Shown in pieces: positions 10,696 to 25,147 of a DNA stretch of 64,000 bases. Made by a program: the position numbers and the translations under genes. The notes beneath the pieces are model-generated. The model was not told the DNA's origin and did no database searches. It was given only the letters and a program-made list of their open reading frames with translations. The number at the start of each line of letters is the position of its first letter. Positions within the stretch are counted from its first letter, which is position 1. The stretch comes from Fistulifera solaris (taxonomy: Eukaryota), in NCBI GenBank assembly GCA_030295235.1, contig AP026140.1:868001-932000 (forward strand). The letters run 5' to 3'.

Positions 10696-13600
10696 ATGTT
10701 TATTCAAGAAGTGATTATCGACGGCTTCAAATCGTATGCGCGCAAGACGACGGTTGAGGGGTACGTTGGTATGATGAAAGAATGAAAGTTGTCGTTGCAA
10801 ATCATCTCACCCGCTTCAACATCTGCAGTTTCGATCCCCACTTCAATGCGATAACAGGTTTGAATGGTTCCGGTAAATCCAACATATTAGACGCGATTTG
10901 TTTTGTTTTGGGAATTACCAACCTCAGTCAGGTGCGAGCGGGCAACTTGTCGGAACTCGTCTACAAGCAAGGACAAGCGGGCGTCAACAAAGCTACCGTC
11001 ACCATCGTCTTTAATAATGAAGATAAGGCCGCCAGTCCCGTCGGATACGATCAATGTGACAGTGTGACGGTCACTCGACAAGTATTATTGGGAGGAAAGA
11101 GCAAATATTTGATCAATGGCCGCAATGCTCCCGCCGGTGCCGTGCAGAATTTGTTCCATTCCGTGCAACTCAACGTCAATAATCCACATTTCCTCATTAT
11201 GCAAGGGCGTATTACCAAAGTCTTGAACATGAAACCGGCGGAAATTTTGGGTATGGTGGAAGAAGCGGCCGGAACGCGCATGTACGAGACCAAAAAAGGT
11301 GCGGCCCTCAAAACGATTGAGAAGAAGCAATTGAAACTGGACGAATTGAACTCGGTTTTGGAAGAGGAAATTACCCCGACCTTGGAAAAGCTTCGTGGCG
11401 AAAAGGAGCAGTATCTCGCATGGAGCAAGAATGCCTCCGATCTGGAACGCAAAGAGAGATTCGTTATTGCCAGCGAATTCTACTCGGCCCAAAAGGCATT
11501 GGAAGATGACATGGGTTCGGTGCGAAAAATGGAGGAAGAGATTGCCCACCTTGAAGCGGAAGCAGATATGCTGCGAGAGAAGATTGCCGTAAAAGAACAA
11601 GAAATTGCGGCCGGTTCGGCACAGTTGCAGGGAGAGTTCGAAGGTGATCTCGAGCAGGCGACGAAACAGGAAAAGAAGCTTTCCAACGAACTTGTTCGTA
11701 TCACTTCTGCCTGGAAAAGCGCCCAAGATACGGTAGCCAAAGCGGAGAGTGATGTTGAAGCCGCCAAAGCTATGGTCCTCGAAACCAAGGAGGCGGTCGA
11801 CGCGAAACAGAAAGAAATTGAGGATGAGCACGCCCGTATCGATGGAGTCCGTAGCGCAGCCGTGGAAGCGGAAAATCTTTACAAGCAACTCACGGAGGAA
11901 TACCAATCAATGGCTGCCGGAACTTCTTCCTCGTCAGAAGGTCGCTCTCTTCCAGAGCAGATCAGCCAAGCCCACAGTGACTCGAAGACAGCCGGCGCGA
12001 GGGTCGAACAGGCTAAGATGAAAATCAAGCATCTTTCGAAAGAGCTTAAGGTACGATCGTCTATGATCCTGAAATTTTGTGCATCGCTTATCCCTCATGT
12101 TATTTGCCGAATACACAGAATGTCGAAAGCGAATTGTCGAAACAAAAAAAGTCGGCCGCAACCATTGAAAAGAAATTCGAGAACTCAAAGCAGAAAGTCG
12201 AGATTCTAGAGAAACAGATCAACGGGTTGCATTTTTCTGCCGAAGAGTTTAACGCAATGGATCAGGAAAAGTGGATCTGGAGGCCGCGATCACCGAACTT
12301 GAGGAACAATTTGACACGGTGTCGACTCAGCTACAAAGTCGCTTGGCGTTCGAATACGAAGATCCTGTACGAGGCTTTGATCGCAGCAAGGTCAAGGGTC
12401 TTATTGCCAAGCTGGTGGATGTCAAAGACGCGAAGTACGCTACGGCGTTAGAAGTTGTTGCTGGTGGAAAACTCTTTCAAGTAGTTGTGGACGAAGCAAT
12501 CACCGGAAAGGCATTATTGGACCGCGGAAAACTTACCCGTCGGGTCACCATTATCCCTCTTGATAAGATCAGAGCTAGCCAGTTGAGCCAGTCAGCTTGT
12601 CGAACAGCGGAAGAGATCGCTTCGTCAATGCAGTGTGCAGCCACGCCGGCGATCGAGCTTGTTGGTTACGATGAAGAAGTAAGAAGCGCGATTGAATACG
12701 TTTTTGGTTCAGCCATAGTGGTTGATGGAATTAAGGCAGCCAACAAGATCTGTGAAATGACGAAGACTCGCACTGTCACCCTCGAGGGAGATGTTTATGA
12801 CCCTTCTGGTACCATTTCCGGAGGATCAAAGAACCAATTGGGCACCACTTTGTCCAATCTCGTTACTCTTGCGCAATGCACCCAATTGTTGGAAGAAAAG
12901 AGTCAAAGGCTGGCTCAAGTCTCCGCCAAGGTTTCGTCACTTCAGAGTGCGTCCGCTTCTTACGAAAAACTGAGCGCCAAGTTTGAACTGGCCAAGGCGG
13001 AACTTGAAGCAGTCAAGAAGCAAATGTCTCAAACCACATACGGAGTTTTGGTGGAAAAGCGCGATTCCATGGTTGCGGACCTCAAGGTCGCCGAGGAAGA
13101 ATGCTTGGTAATGGAAAACGAGGAAAAGGAAAAGTGGGCTTTGTACGAGCAACTCAAAGAGCAAGAGATTGAGCTCACCCAACAGCGAGAGCAACGATTT
13201 GCAGACATTGAAATGGCTGTCAAGACAGCCAAAGACGATGCAGCTGAAAAGCAGAAACTGGCTCGTGAGGCTTCATCGAAGACACAAACCCTTGAACTTG
13301 AGCTAGAGAGTCTCAAAACGGAGCTCGCCGCTGCTCAGGAGGCTGTCAAAATTGCCGAAAAGATCTTTGAAGAATCGTCACGCCAGGAATCTGAAATGCA
13401 GGTCGAAGTTGCCGAGACACAAGCGTCCTACGAAGAAGCACGAAGCAACGTAGCCGAACTTGAACGCAAGGTGGACGATTTCTCGTCGCAAGTCGCCGAA
13501 CTCAAAGATAGAAAGGCTGAGTTCTCCAAGGCGCTGGAAGCAGCTACCATCGAAGCGAAGAAATTGTCCGTTGGCATTCAGCAGAGACAAAAAGAACGAG

Positions 13601-14540
13601 TCGGTGCCGAGAAGGTTGTTTCTAACTTGCTCAAGAATTATGCCTGGATTGAAAGCGAACGAGGCGCTTTCGGTGTCGTCGGTGGTGACTATGACTTTGA
13701 CTCGTGCGACACAGCACAGATTGCCGCGGAGGTGAAGGAACTAAAAGAACAGCAGGACAGCCTGGTAAGTTGTCAAGCTTATTGTTAATCATAATGGTGT
13801 GTGTGGTCTGACGTCTTTTTACACAGGGCAAGAAAATCAACAAGAAAGTCATGGGAATGATTGAGAAAGCAGAAGGTGAATATACAGAGCTCCTCCGTAA
13901 ACGTCGTGTTGTCGAAAACGACAAGAAAAAGATCCAGAACGTAATCGAAGAGCTCGATGTTAAAAAGAAGGTGGAGTTAGAAAGAACATGGAAGAAAGTG
14001 AACGGGGACTTTGGTTCCATTTTCTCCACCCTTCTGCCCGGTGCGTCTGCTAAGCTTGAGCCGCCTGGTGGCATGGCTGCTTGGGAAGGCCTCGAGGTCA
14101 AGGTTGCCTTTGGTAAAGTGTGGAAAGAAAGTCTCAGCGAGTTGAGCGGCGGGCAACGTTCTTTGTTGGCTCTTTCTCTCATTCTCGCCATGTTGCTCTT
14201 CAAGCCTGCTCCAATGTATATCTTGGATGAAGTCGATGCTGCTCTTGATTTAAGTCACACGCAGAACATTGGTAACATGCTTCGAACACACTTTTCGCAG
14301 AGTCAGTTTATTGTGGTATCATTGAAGGAGGGCATGTTCAATAATGCCAATGTCATCTTCCGAACGAAATTCGTCGACGGCGTCTCGACCGTGACTCGCA
14401 CCATCGGCACCGGATCCAGTCGTCCTCGCGCATTGGCAAATGCCGAGAACATGGAGGAAGAGGAGGAACGGTCCACCAGTCGAAAGAATACTGCCGCATC
14501 GGCGAGTCGTCGCAAGGGCAAGGAGAACTCTAGCGCTTAA
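10696..14540 (+). CDS. SMC2: Condensin core subunit SMC2 (3 introns, apparent frameshift near 12270)
   Basis: [15 protein letters not shown], Walker [10 protein letters not shown], hinge [40 protein letters not shown]; introns about 10761-10828, 12051-12118, 13765-13827. Confidence 0.96.
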
Positions 14541-14740
14541 CTGTAAATGAAATGATCTAGTGCATGTTTTCGAAGACATTCAAGTTTAAGTTTCACAATT
14601 AAAATATGGTTCGATTCGCTTTGTTAGTCGGTAGATCATTTCAAGTACGTTTAGTCAGTTTTCTGAAGACGAATCACTACCATCATGCAAACATCATGAT
14701 GTTTAGCTTGTTGTCTTTACAAACTCGACAAATCGTCACT

Positions 14741-15357
14741 CTAAAGACGAATGAGTGTCATCACCAGTGCCGTCATTACACCACATACAGTCGACAAGAA
14801 CACTGTGCCACTACTACCGCCTTCATCCCCGCCGGTAGGCGCTCGCTTCTGGAGCTGCCGCCTCGAAATCAAAGGGTTCCGTAAAGTATCCCATATCGAG
14901 GATTTCTTGAATGGCGGCATCACTGTAAGCCAAACAATCCGATTGAATATTTTTCTCGGGAAGTCGATTGTTGCAATTCAATTGCAGTCCGACAATACTC
15001 GAATTGGCACTGCAAAACGGTGTCAGAAAGAGATACACGGTAGTCGGTCGTTTCGCACACACACTCGACTTACATATCGGTACAGAGAGAACACGCATTG
15101 CATTCGGTCCCATCAAACGACACTTTACATCCCTCCAATTGATCATTCCCACTGAAAATACTGGTAACACAGGCTTCGGTATAATCGGGAGGCGCGCCGC
15201 TGGTAAATTCGACGCATTTTGTATTCGAAATGTTGGAGGACGTGCCCGGAAAGGGTTCGTTCGTGACAATCACGGTACGCCCCGTGTCGCTGGTGTATTC
15301 CATCGACGCTTGCGTCCCGACGACGAGAAGCGAAAGAAGAAAGAATGTGCGTGTCAT
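14741..15357 (-). CDS. Small Cys-rich secreted protein, probably GPI-anchored
   Basis: Signal peptide MTRTFFLLSLLVVGTQA; intron 15073-15010; CxxC motifs (ECNACSLC); C-terminus GGDEGGSSG plus hydrophobic tail TVFLSTVCGVMTALVMTLIRL, reached via a 1-nt shift near 14840. Confidence 0.65.
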
Positions 15358-15751
15358 GGTGATTGAATGTATATGAAGAAGATGAATGAAGGAAGGAAGG
15401 AAGAAAGTGGTATTTTTTTGTGGTTGGTTGTTGGATCGAAAAGAATGACTGTTTTGTACAACCTTAGCTATAGTCCGATAGTCTGCTACAGTGTTGAAGT
15501 AAGATTTGTGACTCTCTGAATGACCCTTTTATTCTGTTGTCCGTTGATCGGACATTGGTGTCCTTGTGGTTCTGAAATAGATGGAAAGAAGATCGCAACT
15601 TGAATTATTCGATCGCATCTCGTCGTTTTCTGGGTTTTCTCATTATATTTTTCTCATTATTTTTTTCTTCAGCATCATAACACTTATTATCGGTGCCCGT
15701 GGACCTTCACTATTTGCAGTCACACCCGGAACTCATAGATTGAAATAATTC

Positions 15752-16642
15752 ATGGCGCGACGGACATCAATATTGCTGTTCCTTTTTTTGGGGACGCTTT
15801 CATCCATTCATGCCTTTTTCATCCGCCCGAGTCCAATTTCGTCTTGTAGTCCCCAAACAAATGCCGTTTGTTTGAAAATGTCCGCCATTGCACCCGGTGA
15901 TACGGTGGTTGTGGTAGGCGGTTCGGGCGGTGTCGGTCAATTGGTGTCGCGCAAATTGGCCCAAGCCGGTTCTTCTGTGCGTGTCACGTCCCGGAATCCT
16001 GTCAGTAACGAGAACAATCCGAACATCACATCACGAAAACTGGATCTTGTCAAAGGAAGTGACGAAGAATTGCAACACGCCATAGAGAAAGCTTCGGCGT
16101 TGGTGATTTCGGTAGGAACGACCGCCTTTCCGACCCTGAAATGGAAGGGAGGGAATACACCGCAAGCGATTGATGATATCGCGGTCACACGATTGGCGCA
16201 GGCGGCGTCTCAATCCAAAACACTGAAACGAATTGTGCTCGTGACCAGTATTGGAGTCGATCGGACCGATCAAATGCCTTTTTTAATTTTGAATCTATTT
16301 GGAGTACTGGATGCCAAGAAACAGGGGGAAGAGGCCGTCCGAAAAGCGGCCAACGAGAGTATCGATTATGCCATACTGCGACCGGGACGACTCATTGGTG
16401 GACCGTTTACCAATTTGGATGTTGCCAAGTTATTGCAAATAGAAGGTGGAGCCGAAAATGGTGTCACGGTCGCCCAAGGCGATGTCTTATTGGGAGATTG
16501 CAAACGAGATGCTTGTGCCGAAGCCATAGTACAATGTTTAACGAACGCGGCTTGTTCCAATGTGGAGTTTTCAATCGTATCCAACGAAAACGAAACAGCG
16601 TGGAGTGTAGAACAATGGACGAGTGCGTTTCAACGTATGTAA
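15752..16642 (+). CDS. Plastid-targeted NAD(P)-binding Rossmann protein (atypical SDR, Tic62/NAD_binding_10-like)
   Basis: Signal peptide ending IHA-FF, VVVGGSGGVG, LVTSIGV, ILRPGRLIGGP. Confidence 0.85.
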   Translation: MARRTSILLFLFLGTLSSIHAFFIRPSPISSCSPQTNAVCLKMSAIAPGDTVVVVGGSGGVGQLVSRKLAQAGSSVRVTSRNPVSNENNPNITSRKLDLVKGSDEELQHAIEKASALVISVGTTAFPTLKWKGGNTPQAIDDIAVTRLAQAASQSKTLKRIVLVTSIGVDRTDQMPFLILNLFGVLDAKKQGEEAVRKAANESIDYAILRPGRLIGGPFTNLDVAKLLQIEGGAENGVTVAQGDVLLGDCKRDACAEAIVQCLTNAACSNVEFSIVSNENETAWSVEQWTSAFQRM

Positions 16643-16700
16643 GACCATTGAATTGAACATTAACTAGATTCTATTATTTCTACAACAATCAAACTGTCCG

Positions 16701-19225
16701 TTACCGAAACGATCGATGCACTGTGATCCGTGTAGAACTTCCCGCATCGTTGGGTCGACGTCCATTGTTTAGCCGGGTCAATGGATTCGTCGTAGTTGTC
16801 AAATTGCCGCTACCACCACCACCATTCGACAATTGACTGGGCAGTGCGACATTATTGTTGGATGGAGACGAGAACAATGGCGGAACGGAACGGACCGGAC
16901 GATTACTATTATTTTGGACCACAATTTCGCTCGTCGTCTGTGGAAGTTGCCGAAACGCCCGACCCTTGGACAACGCCGTGCGTTGTTGCTCGGTGACATG
17001 ATCGTATCGTTGTAACAGATTCTCCATGTCGAGTCCCTTGCCTGCGACAATGCTAGGAAGCGGCAGGTCGTCCGTCACCGGACGGAGACCCAAATTTTCG
17101 CGTAAATTGCAGACGGCGGTGAGTCGTTCATTCAGCAGCCGAAACGCATCTCCTTGGGGCAAGCACATCAAGATCCCGTAAATACTTTTGAGTAAAGGTG
17201 CATGGTACGGTGCTTCGACATCCAAAAGTTGAATGCGCAAATGAACAAAGATGGGTGATTCGAGAAGAAAGACGAGCTTGTCAAGTTGCATGAGAAAGCC
17301 AACGGTAACATCTTCCATCAAAGAGAACCGTTTCACGAGTGCAAAGGAAAGATCGTACGCTCGAGCCAAAAGACAGAGAGAAAATGTCGCCACCGGATTG
17401 TGACACCAACAACGAAAGAGAGTAGCAAACACATTGGCACTCTCGGCATCGACATTCCCTTTCTCAAAACTGCGCGCCAACGACGAACGAAGGTCATGTA
17501 ACTCCGATGCCGTCAGTAAAATCAGATTCAAGGTTTGTACCATCGTGCCGGTAAATTGCAATGTCGTTTCCACTTGTGTTTCATCTTGTCCTTCCAGTTT
17601 CTCGTACGAAGCCAGCGTCTCGGCCATGCGAATGTAGACGGTTTTGGCGTTCAAGAGAACGCACAATTTCCGAATAATCAACGATCCTCTTGTTTCCAAT
17701 AACTGTTTATCTTGTGCAAACAGATCCAGAATGGCATTAAGTACCAATTGAAACTGTGCCTCTTCCGTTTCTCGTTTCCCCAGATGGGGCCGATGCGCGA
17801 GCGAAATCCGTGAAAATACTTGCAAATCCAGCAATATTACGGCATCACTCGGATCCGAAAGAGTCCGTAACAGGACGGGAAGAATGCTTTCCACAAATTG
17901 ATCCATATCCAATTTTCGTTTCTCCATGAGCATATTGATCCACCGCAACGATGCCATTTTGGTAGGAACATCTTCTTTTCCAGTAATTCCTTGGTCAATG
18001 TATCCAGTAAGGGTGGCAATTCAAACATCCCCTTCGTGTCCCGGACCAACGCCAACAAATCATCGTTCGCCCGCTCCGCCACTAACCGAATTTCTTTTTC
18101 GTGATCGGAAATACACCACAAAATGGCTTGGAGGATGGTCCCATGAAAGGGCAACAAGGCATCACCACCGGAATACGGATGATGAATGAGTTCAGCCATC
18201 CACGTAATGGCCGTCAATCGATTGAGTCGTTCTTTCGACTGACATTGGTGTCCCAAAATGGCAATGAGGGGCCCGAGTTCGACGACGGTACTGACGGACA
18301 ATTCGCGCAAAAATTCCGACAAGGCCGCATCGGCCGCTTGTCTGATTTCGAGATTGGAATCGGACAACATGTGAAACAACCCATCGAGGAATTCCCGCAA
18401 ATAGGTCAACATGGAAATGTCCGGTAAGGAATCCAACAAGGTAATCCATCCCACCATGAGTTGTCGAATGTACGGATTGGTGCGTTTGATATAATTTTGC
18501 AAGATGGGTAAAAACAGATCAATGGAAAAGTGTTCCGCTTCAATGACAATATCTTTAATGAGACGATCCAACAAATGGGCTCCATTTTTGACATCGACAT
18601 CAACATCGGCATACAATTGGGTCAATCCGGCAAAGAGGGCGGGAAAATCATGGAGCAAAATGGCACTGCGACTGACTTTGGCAATGTTGTAGAGACTTTC
18701 ACAGGCATAATAGCGGACGCGGGCTTCGGGATCGTCCAAACAATGCAAGACAGGCGGCAACAATTGGGGCAAATACTGCGAGGCGCGTTGCAACAAGCCA
18801 ATGGCGGTGGCCGCCAATCCCATCAATCCTCCTTTGCGATAATTGGAATTCATGCTGGTACAGAAATCTTTGGCCAGTATTTGTAGTATTGTATCAATCA
18901 ATGTGCTGTGTTCCGGTAGCGTTTGAATGAGAGCCTCCAATTCCATGGCGGCATTTTTTCGCTTCTCGTTGGACCGATCGCCCAAGCCGCGTTGTAATAA
19001 GGGCGGTAACGGTGATTCGAGGGATAACTGAAGCAGTGCCTGTTGTGGTTGTTGACTGGGAATCATTTGATTGGTAACAAAAGCCGCCGCACCGTGCGGT
19101 TGATGCAATCGACTTTCGTTCGTTGGACGACGTGTGCGCGTCGGCCGTGGAGGAGGAGCATTGTTGTTGCGTGTATTGTTGTTGTTGATTCGTTCTTCGC
19201 TGTTGATGGATCCTATACGGCTCAT
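16701..19225 (-). CDS. VAC14: VAC14, scaffold of the PIKfyve/Fab1 complex (frameshift near 17975)
   Basis: LGDRSNEKRKNAA, RVRYYACESLYNIAKV, VKNGAHLLDRLIKDIV, LLETRGSLIIRKLC, WCHNPVATFSLCLLA, LLESPIFVHLRIQLL. Confidence 0.95.
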
Positions 19226-19656
19226 GGTGTTTGTCGTATGTATTATATCGTATTGGAAGGATAGAATGATGTGTTTAAAAATGAAATGAATGTCGTTATT
19301 GTTGTGGTCGTTATATCGTTGTTTCATCGTTCATTCGTCGCATATTGCCGATGTGCGCCTTCTTTCTTATTCTCTTCACTCAAGGAGGGACACTCAAGCA
19401 CAAAGCACGTTTCGTAATTAATGCTACTACGTTTAATACATACCGTTCCGAGGGAAGTATGTTTTGTACCATCCGATCCGATCCAGACCCAAAAAGCCGC
19501 GGTCTGTCCTTACCTCCTAAATTTTCCGCAATGAAAGACGCGCACGAAGAGAAAAAAGTTGTTGCATATTATTTCTTCTTCCACTGCCTTTTCGCAACAC
19601 ACACACTCTTTCTTCTCACTCATTCTCACTCAACCAACACAATACACTAAACAACA

Positions 19657-20327
19657 ATGGACCGCCAAAATCGCGTCGGATCCAAATTCGGCGGCGGCGG
19701 TGTCAGTTCCGCCCAACAATCCGAACGCGAACGGAAAGAACGCTTGCGCAAATTGGCCCTCGAATCGATGGATCTCGCGAAAGATCCTTATTTGGTCAAA
19801 AATCATCTTGGATCGTACGAATGCAAATTGTGTTTGACATTGCATCGGGATGAAGCGAATTATTTGGCGCATACGCAAGGCAAGAAACATCAACAGGGAT
19901 TGGGTCGACGAGCGTATTTGGATAAATTGAAGGAACAGCAGCAGTCGACAACAACAGCAATCACACAAACCACTGCCACAGTACTTCCCACCGGTCGCCC
20001 GAAATTGCGCATTGGCCGTCCCGCGTATCAAGTGTTCAAAAGTCGTGACGCCGAGACCAATCAACGGTGTTTGTCGTTCGAATTGCACTATCCCGATTTG
20101 GGGGAAGAATGGCAACCCCGTCATCGGTTCATGAGTGCGTTTGAACAAAAATCGACCGTCCGCCCGATCGGCGCTACCAGTATTTGTTGTTTGCGGCGGG
20201 GGAGTACGAGACGGTGGCCTTTCGGATTCCGAACGAACCCTTGGATCGTGACAAATTTGTCACGCATTGGGATGGCGATTCGAAAAAATTTATACTCACG
20301 TTGCATTTTCAAGAGCCCAGTTCGTAA
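19657..20327 (+). CDS. SF3A2: Splicing factor 3A subunit 2 (frameshift in the A run near 20150)
   Basis: MDRQNRVGSKFGGGG, KNHLGSYECKLCLTLH zinc finger, PRHRFMSAFEQK; the shifted frame gives PDRRYQYLLFAA..YETVAFRIPN ending at TAA 20327. Confidence 0.95.
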
Positions 20328-20917
20328 TGAAAACTATATACATTACTAAATAACAGAGGAGTGTTGGCGTGGCTATAAAGATATTCGTTTGAAAGTTGGA
20401 GTGCACATTCAGGGAAACAAGAAGGGATGCTTGCGCATTCATTCAAAAGAACATTTAACTGTGATTTATGACGTCTTATTTGTATACGGTTTCGAAATAA
20501 TATTGTGTAATAATCGTGCGAAAGGGAAGTTGTATTGAAGATTAGTGAAAGATGTAGTCGACTCGACTACGTATAGTTCTGGTACTGCATATTATTTAGT
20601 CGAGGCAAAAGATGACAACAGTTTATTGCATAGTACTTGTACCGGTGCGTCCTTCAAGCGTTCTGGATCCTTGCCTATGATGCGCAGAAAAAGGCTGCGT
20701 TTTGCTTTTCGACATGACACCATGTAATTTTCTTACTTTCTGCTCTGCCGCTGCGCTATCATCAACCTGTAAAGCATTCGTATTGTTAATCACCCAGCTA
20801 AACAGAAATATCACCGGCCTTTTGCACAAGAAGAGAAGAAACGAAGGACTATTCATTCCTTTGTTGAACCTTTAGGAAACCCAATTCTACCGACCTATAA
20901 AAATACACCTCATTACG

Positions 20918-21388
20918 ATGAAATCGACAATCCTCTTGTTGCTGTTTGTTGAATCCACGACGGCCTTCATAGTATCGCCTAATACAATTCGACAATCCGT
21001 TTCGTTGCGCAAAAAGTACGAAGACATGGACGAAGAGGAAAAAGCCGTCGCGTTGGAAAAAAGCCACCAAGGCCATGACCGCCTTTACGAACAAGTACCT
21101 CGAAAATACTTGCACGAAATTGTGTTCCGACAAGTCGGTACCGGCCGTCGTCATTAAAGGTTTGGCGGAGCATAAATTGACCTTGGGAGCACCCTTGTGT
21201 CCCTGTCGTTTCTATGATGACAAAGAAGCCGAAGCCAAGGATGGGTATTGGAATTGTCCCTGTGTGCCGATGAGGGAACGACACGAATGTCACTGTATGC
21301 TCTTTTGACAGAAGACAATGCCTTTGTCGGGGAAGAAACGAGTATTACGTATGAAGAAGTGATTGAAGGTAGTAATATTCAGTTTTGA
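20918..21388 (+). CDS. ftrB: Plastid ferredoxin-thioredoxin reductase, catalytic subunit (two homopolymer indels)
   Basis: Presequence TTA-FIV; GAPLCPCRFY and WNCPCVPMRERHECHCMLF (4Fe-4S and disulfide motifs). Confidence 0.92.
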
Positions 21389-21538
21389 ATATAAACAGAG
21401 AAAGTAAGGGAAACGAAACATTGATAGACATTATGATTCGCAACAACGCTATTTCGGCTTCGTAAAATAATAAATAACTAAAACAGTGACGCTTTGCAAC
21501 ATAACAATTCGTATTATTGTTCATTTTATTGTTCTTTG

Positions 21539-22426
<888 letters not shown>

Positions 22427-22841
22427 GATGTTCGAAAATGGGTAGCACTAAGAACGGTCAGAACTCGAAATGCAATACTTGAATAGGTGTAACAGTTGCT
22501 CGCCTGCCTTTTGGATCTTCTTGTTGATGAACGTAATGACAACAGAAGATCTTCCACTTATATGTGATGAGAAGTCCTCTTTTGCTTTTGTGAGGTGGTG
22601 TCAATGTCAAAAGAGTGACGACGAACAAGTGAAGAAGCGAAAGACACTACTTTTTCGGTCTGGAGGGAAACCGACAGACGACTGACGTCACTGTGGTGGA
22701 CGACGGCAAGACCTTCCCGCGAAACGAAAGAATTTTGCTTTCCGAGTTCCTCACAAAGACACGGAAGATCTCCCTGATCGTTTGTTCATCTTCTTCCATT
22801 ATCAATCAACTCTATTATCATAACGACTTGTTGTACAAAGA

Positions 22842-23596
22842 ATGACAAGTAATCGAGCACAAACATGGACATTGGCAGCGACGGGAGTGGCCTCTCTGGG
22901 TGTTTCGTATTATTATTGGTGGAAGAATCGTCAGGAACGACGGTACGTTCGATCGATTCATTCGAAAGAATCCTCCACTCTTCGATTACTGATTCGTTTC
23001 TGTTCACTCCAATAACAAAAAAGAGTCATTATTGAAGTCCCAAAATGGCTTAAACAGTACGAAACGTCTTTATCAGCAAAGACGTTTCAGACGGACGAAG
23101 ACATGATGCAGTGGCCGTCGACATTTCGCAACGCAATGTCGAATCGGGCGATGGAGGTCCCTTGGCTGTGCCATTTTTGTCGTCACAAGACGACCGGTCT
23201 ATCGAAATTATACTCGGTTGGCGCCAATCGGGTCGTACCGCTGAGTAATTCCACGTTGCATGGTGAAACGGTTGCCATTCAATTTGCGCAAAAGAAACGA
23301 CAATCGTTTTCGTTAGCGGCCACGGAAGATGTCGAATTTGTCCTCTGTACGAGTTGTGAACCCTGTGCCATGTGTTTGGGTGCGACCTTTTGGTCGGGTG
23401 TTTCCGAAATGATCTGTTCGGCCACCAAGGACGATGCCGAAGCGATTGGCTTTGATGAAGGACCCGTCTTTCCGGAATCTTACCAAAAGTTGGAACAAAT
23501 TGGGATGAAAGTCAAAAGATGGTTTTGCGAGAACAAGGAAAGAAAGTCTTGGATGATTATGCCAAGACGGGGATTATCTACAATGGCGCCGCATAA
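22842..23596 (+). CDS. Zinc-dependent nucleoside/guanine deaminase (dCMP_cyt_deam family) with N-terminal membrane anchor; intron and several indels
   Basis: LHGETVAIQ (HxE), TSCEPCAMC (PCxxC), IGFDEGP; corrected C-terminus ..GIIYNGAA. Confidence 0.8.
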
Positions 23597-23649
23597 GAAT
23601 GACTGTAACAAAATCAACATAGCTTTATCGTAACAGTATAACAATATTT

Positions 23650-25147
23650 TCATGCCTCTTTGTCCACTGCAACAGGATCCATTGTAGGTGACTCTTTTTC
23701 CTTGATTCCTTCTTCCCCTTCGTCCTCATCATCGTCATCGTCTTCTTCTACCTCGCCTTCGGGTAACTTTTCAGCAGCTTCTCCACCCTGCTTTGAAGCA
23801 CTTTGCTTGGCGTGATATTCTTCCATGGCCGCCTTTTGTCGTTTCGCATCCTCTTCGGCCAGTTCCTGATAATACTTACGACGTTCTTCGGTCAAACCCT
23901 TCCAACGTTCACCTACCATCCGAGCTAACGTTTGAAAGCTGATCTTGCCGTGGGTTTTGCGATGCGGTCGGCGTTTCTTTTCGGTGGCGACCAACGGGCG
24001 CAAGAAGGCTTTTGGTTTGGAGGTTCCCTCCCCTCCTTCGTCTTCATTGGTCTCACTTTGATCTTCCTTCACTTCTTTGCCTTCAATCTCTTTCAAAATG
24101 CGTTCCCGTTCTTCGGAAAAGAAAAGATTGTACGCACTGAGAGGACGTCGCGGCATGTCGGCTGGCTTCTTGCGATGCGCTCGCTTTTGTTTCTTGGCTG
24201 GTGCTTCTTCGGTATACAAGTCCAAGGGTCCAAATTTGCCGTCGGTCCGTTGCTTTTGCATTCGTTGGGACAAATCCATCATATCTTGGGTGCGGGCATC
24301 GACCAAACGTGTCGGATTGCGATCGATGCGGCCATTGAGATCGGGTACGAATTGTCGTGGCATGCTTCCACCGAGTGAGGTATCCATGACGCTTTGATTC
24401 ATGGACGCTGGATTCGTCCCCATGGTGAAACCTGGGCCTTGATATCCTCTACTTTGACGCAAACGCAAAGTTCATCGGCCAACGAATCATTGGCGACAAT
24501 GCCCGTTTGTTGCGTGCGGTTTCTTCGGGCTATTAGTAATTGCAGCAATAGCTCTTCTTCACGTTCGGATTGTGACAAAAGGATCCCTGCGTGGCCGAAC
24601 TATTTAAGGACGGAGGAAGTGGTGGCATGGGTTCGGGAGGCATCTCGACCGCACCCCCGGTGTACGCGTAATGAGGCGTTGTGGCTACCATGGGCATGTT
24701 AGTGCTACCACCACCACCCATTTGTGAAATGCGCTGACCATCGGCTGTCACATATATATTGTTGGCAAAGGGAGCATGTTCCGGGGCTCGATACGCGATG
24801 GGATAAGGATTGGGTGCCGTAGTACTGGCGATCATTCCTCCTCCCATGTGTGGTTGTTGTGTCGGATCCATCGCCATCAGACCTCCTTGCATCGTATTAC
24901 TGTGATTGGTAGTAGCCACCGTCATGCCGTACCTTCGAGGATCGTGATTGCCTAAATATTCCGTTTGCTGAAAGGCAGTTTGTGGATGATGATAAAGAAC
25001 AGGAGCGGGAGGATGATTCATCGTATTAAATACTCGTTGATTGCGATTGTATGTATGATTTTGAAACGGTGAAGAGGGTGGATTATTGCTGTTGGGCTGA
25101 TTGTATTCGTGGTGCTCAATATTCTCTGGATTTCGCGTAGGAATCAT
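23650..25147 (-). CDS. HMG-box transcription factor with low-complexity N-terminus (indels near 24470-24560; start codon uncertain)
   Basis: KKPADMPRRPLSAYNLFFSEERERIL ... HGKISFQTLARMVGERWK; acidic tail. Confidence 0.85.

Noticed and set aside
11085..11906. Long antisense and overlapping ORFs (also 4698-5459, 38212-38883, 39081-39830, 51605-52300, 62153-62806)
   Set aside because: They are shadows of well-supported genes on the opposite strand and have no recognisable motifs.
20590..20856. Minus-strand exon-like fragment with an acceptor-like site (VDDSAAAEQKVRK...) between SF3A2 and FTR
   Set aside because: It is short, has no recognisable homology and no convincing first exon.
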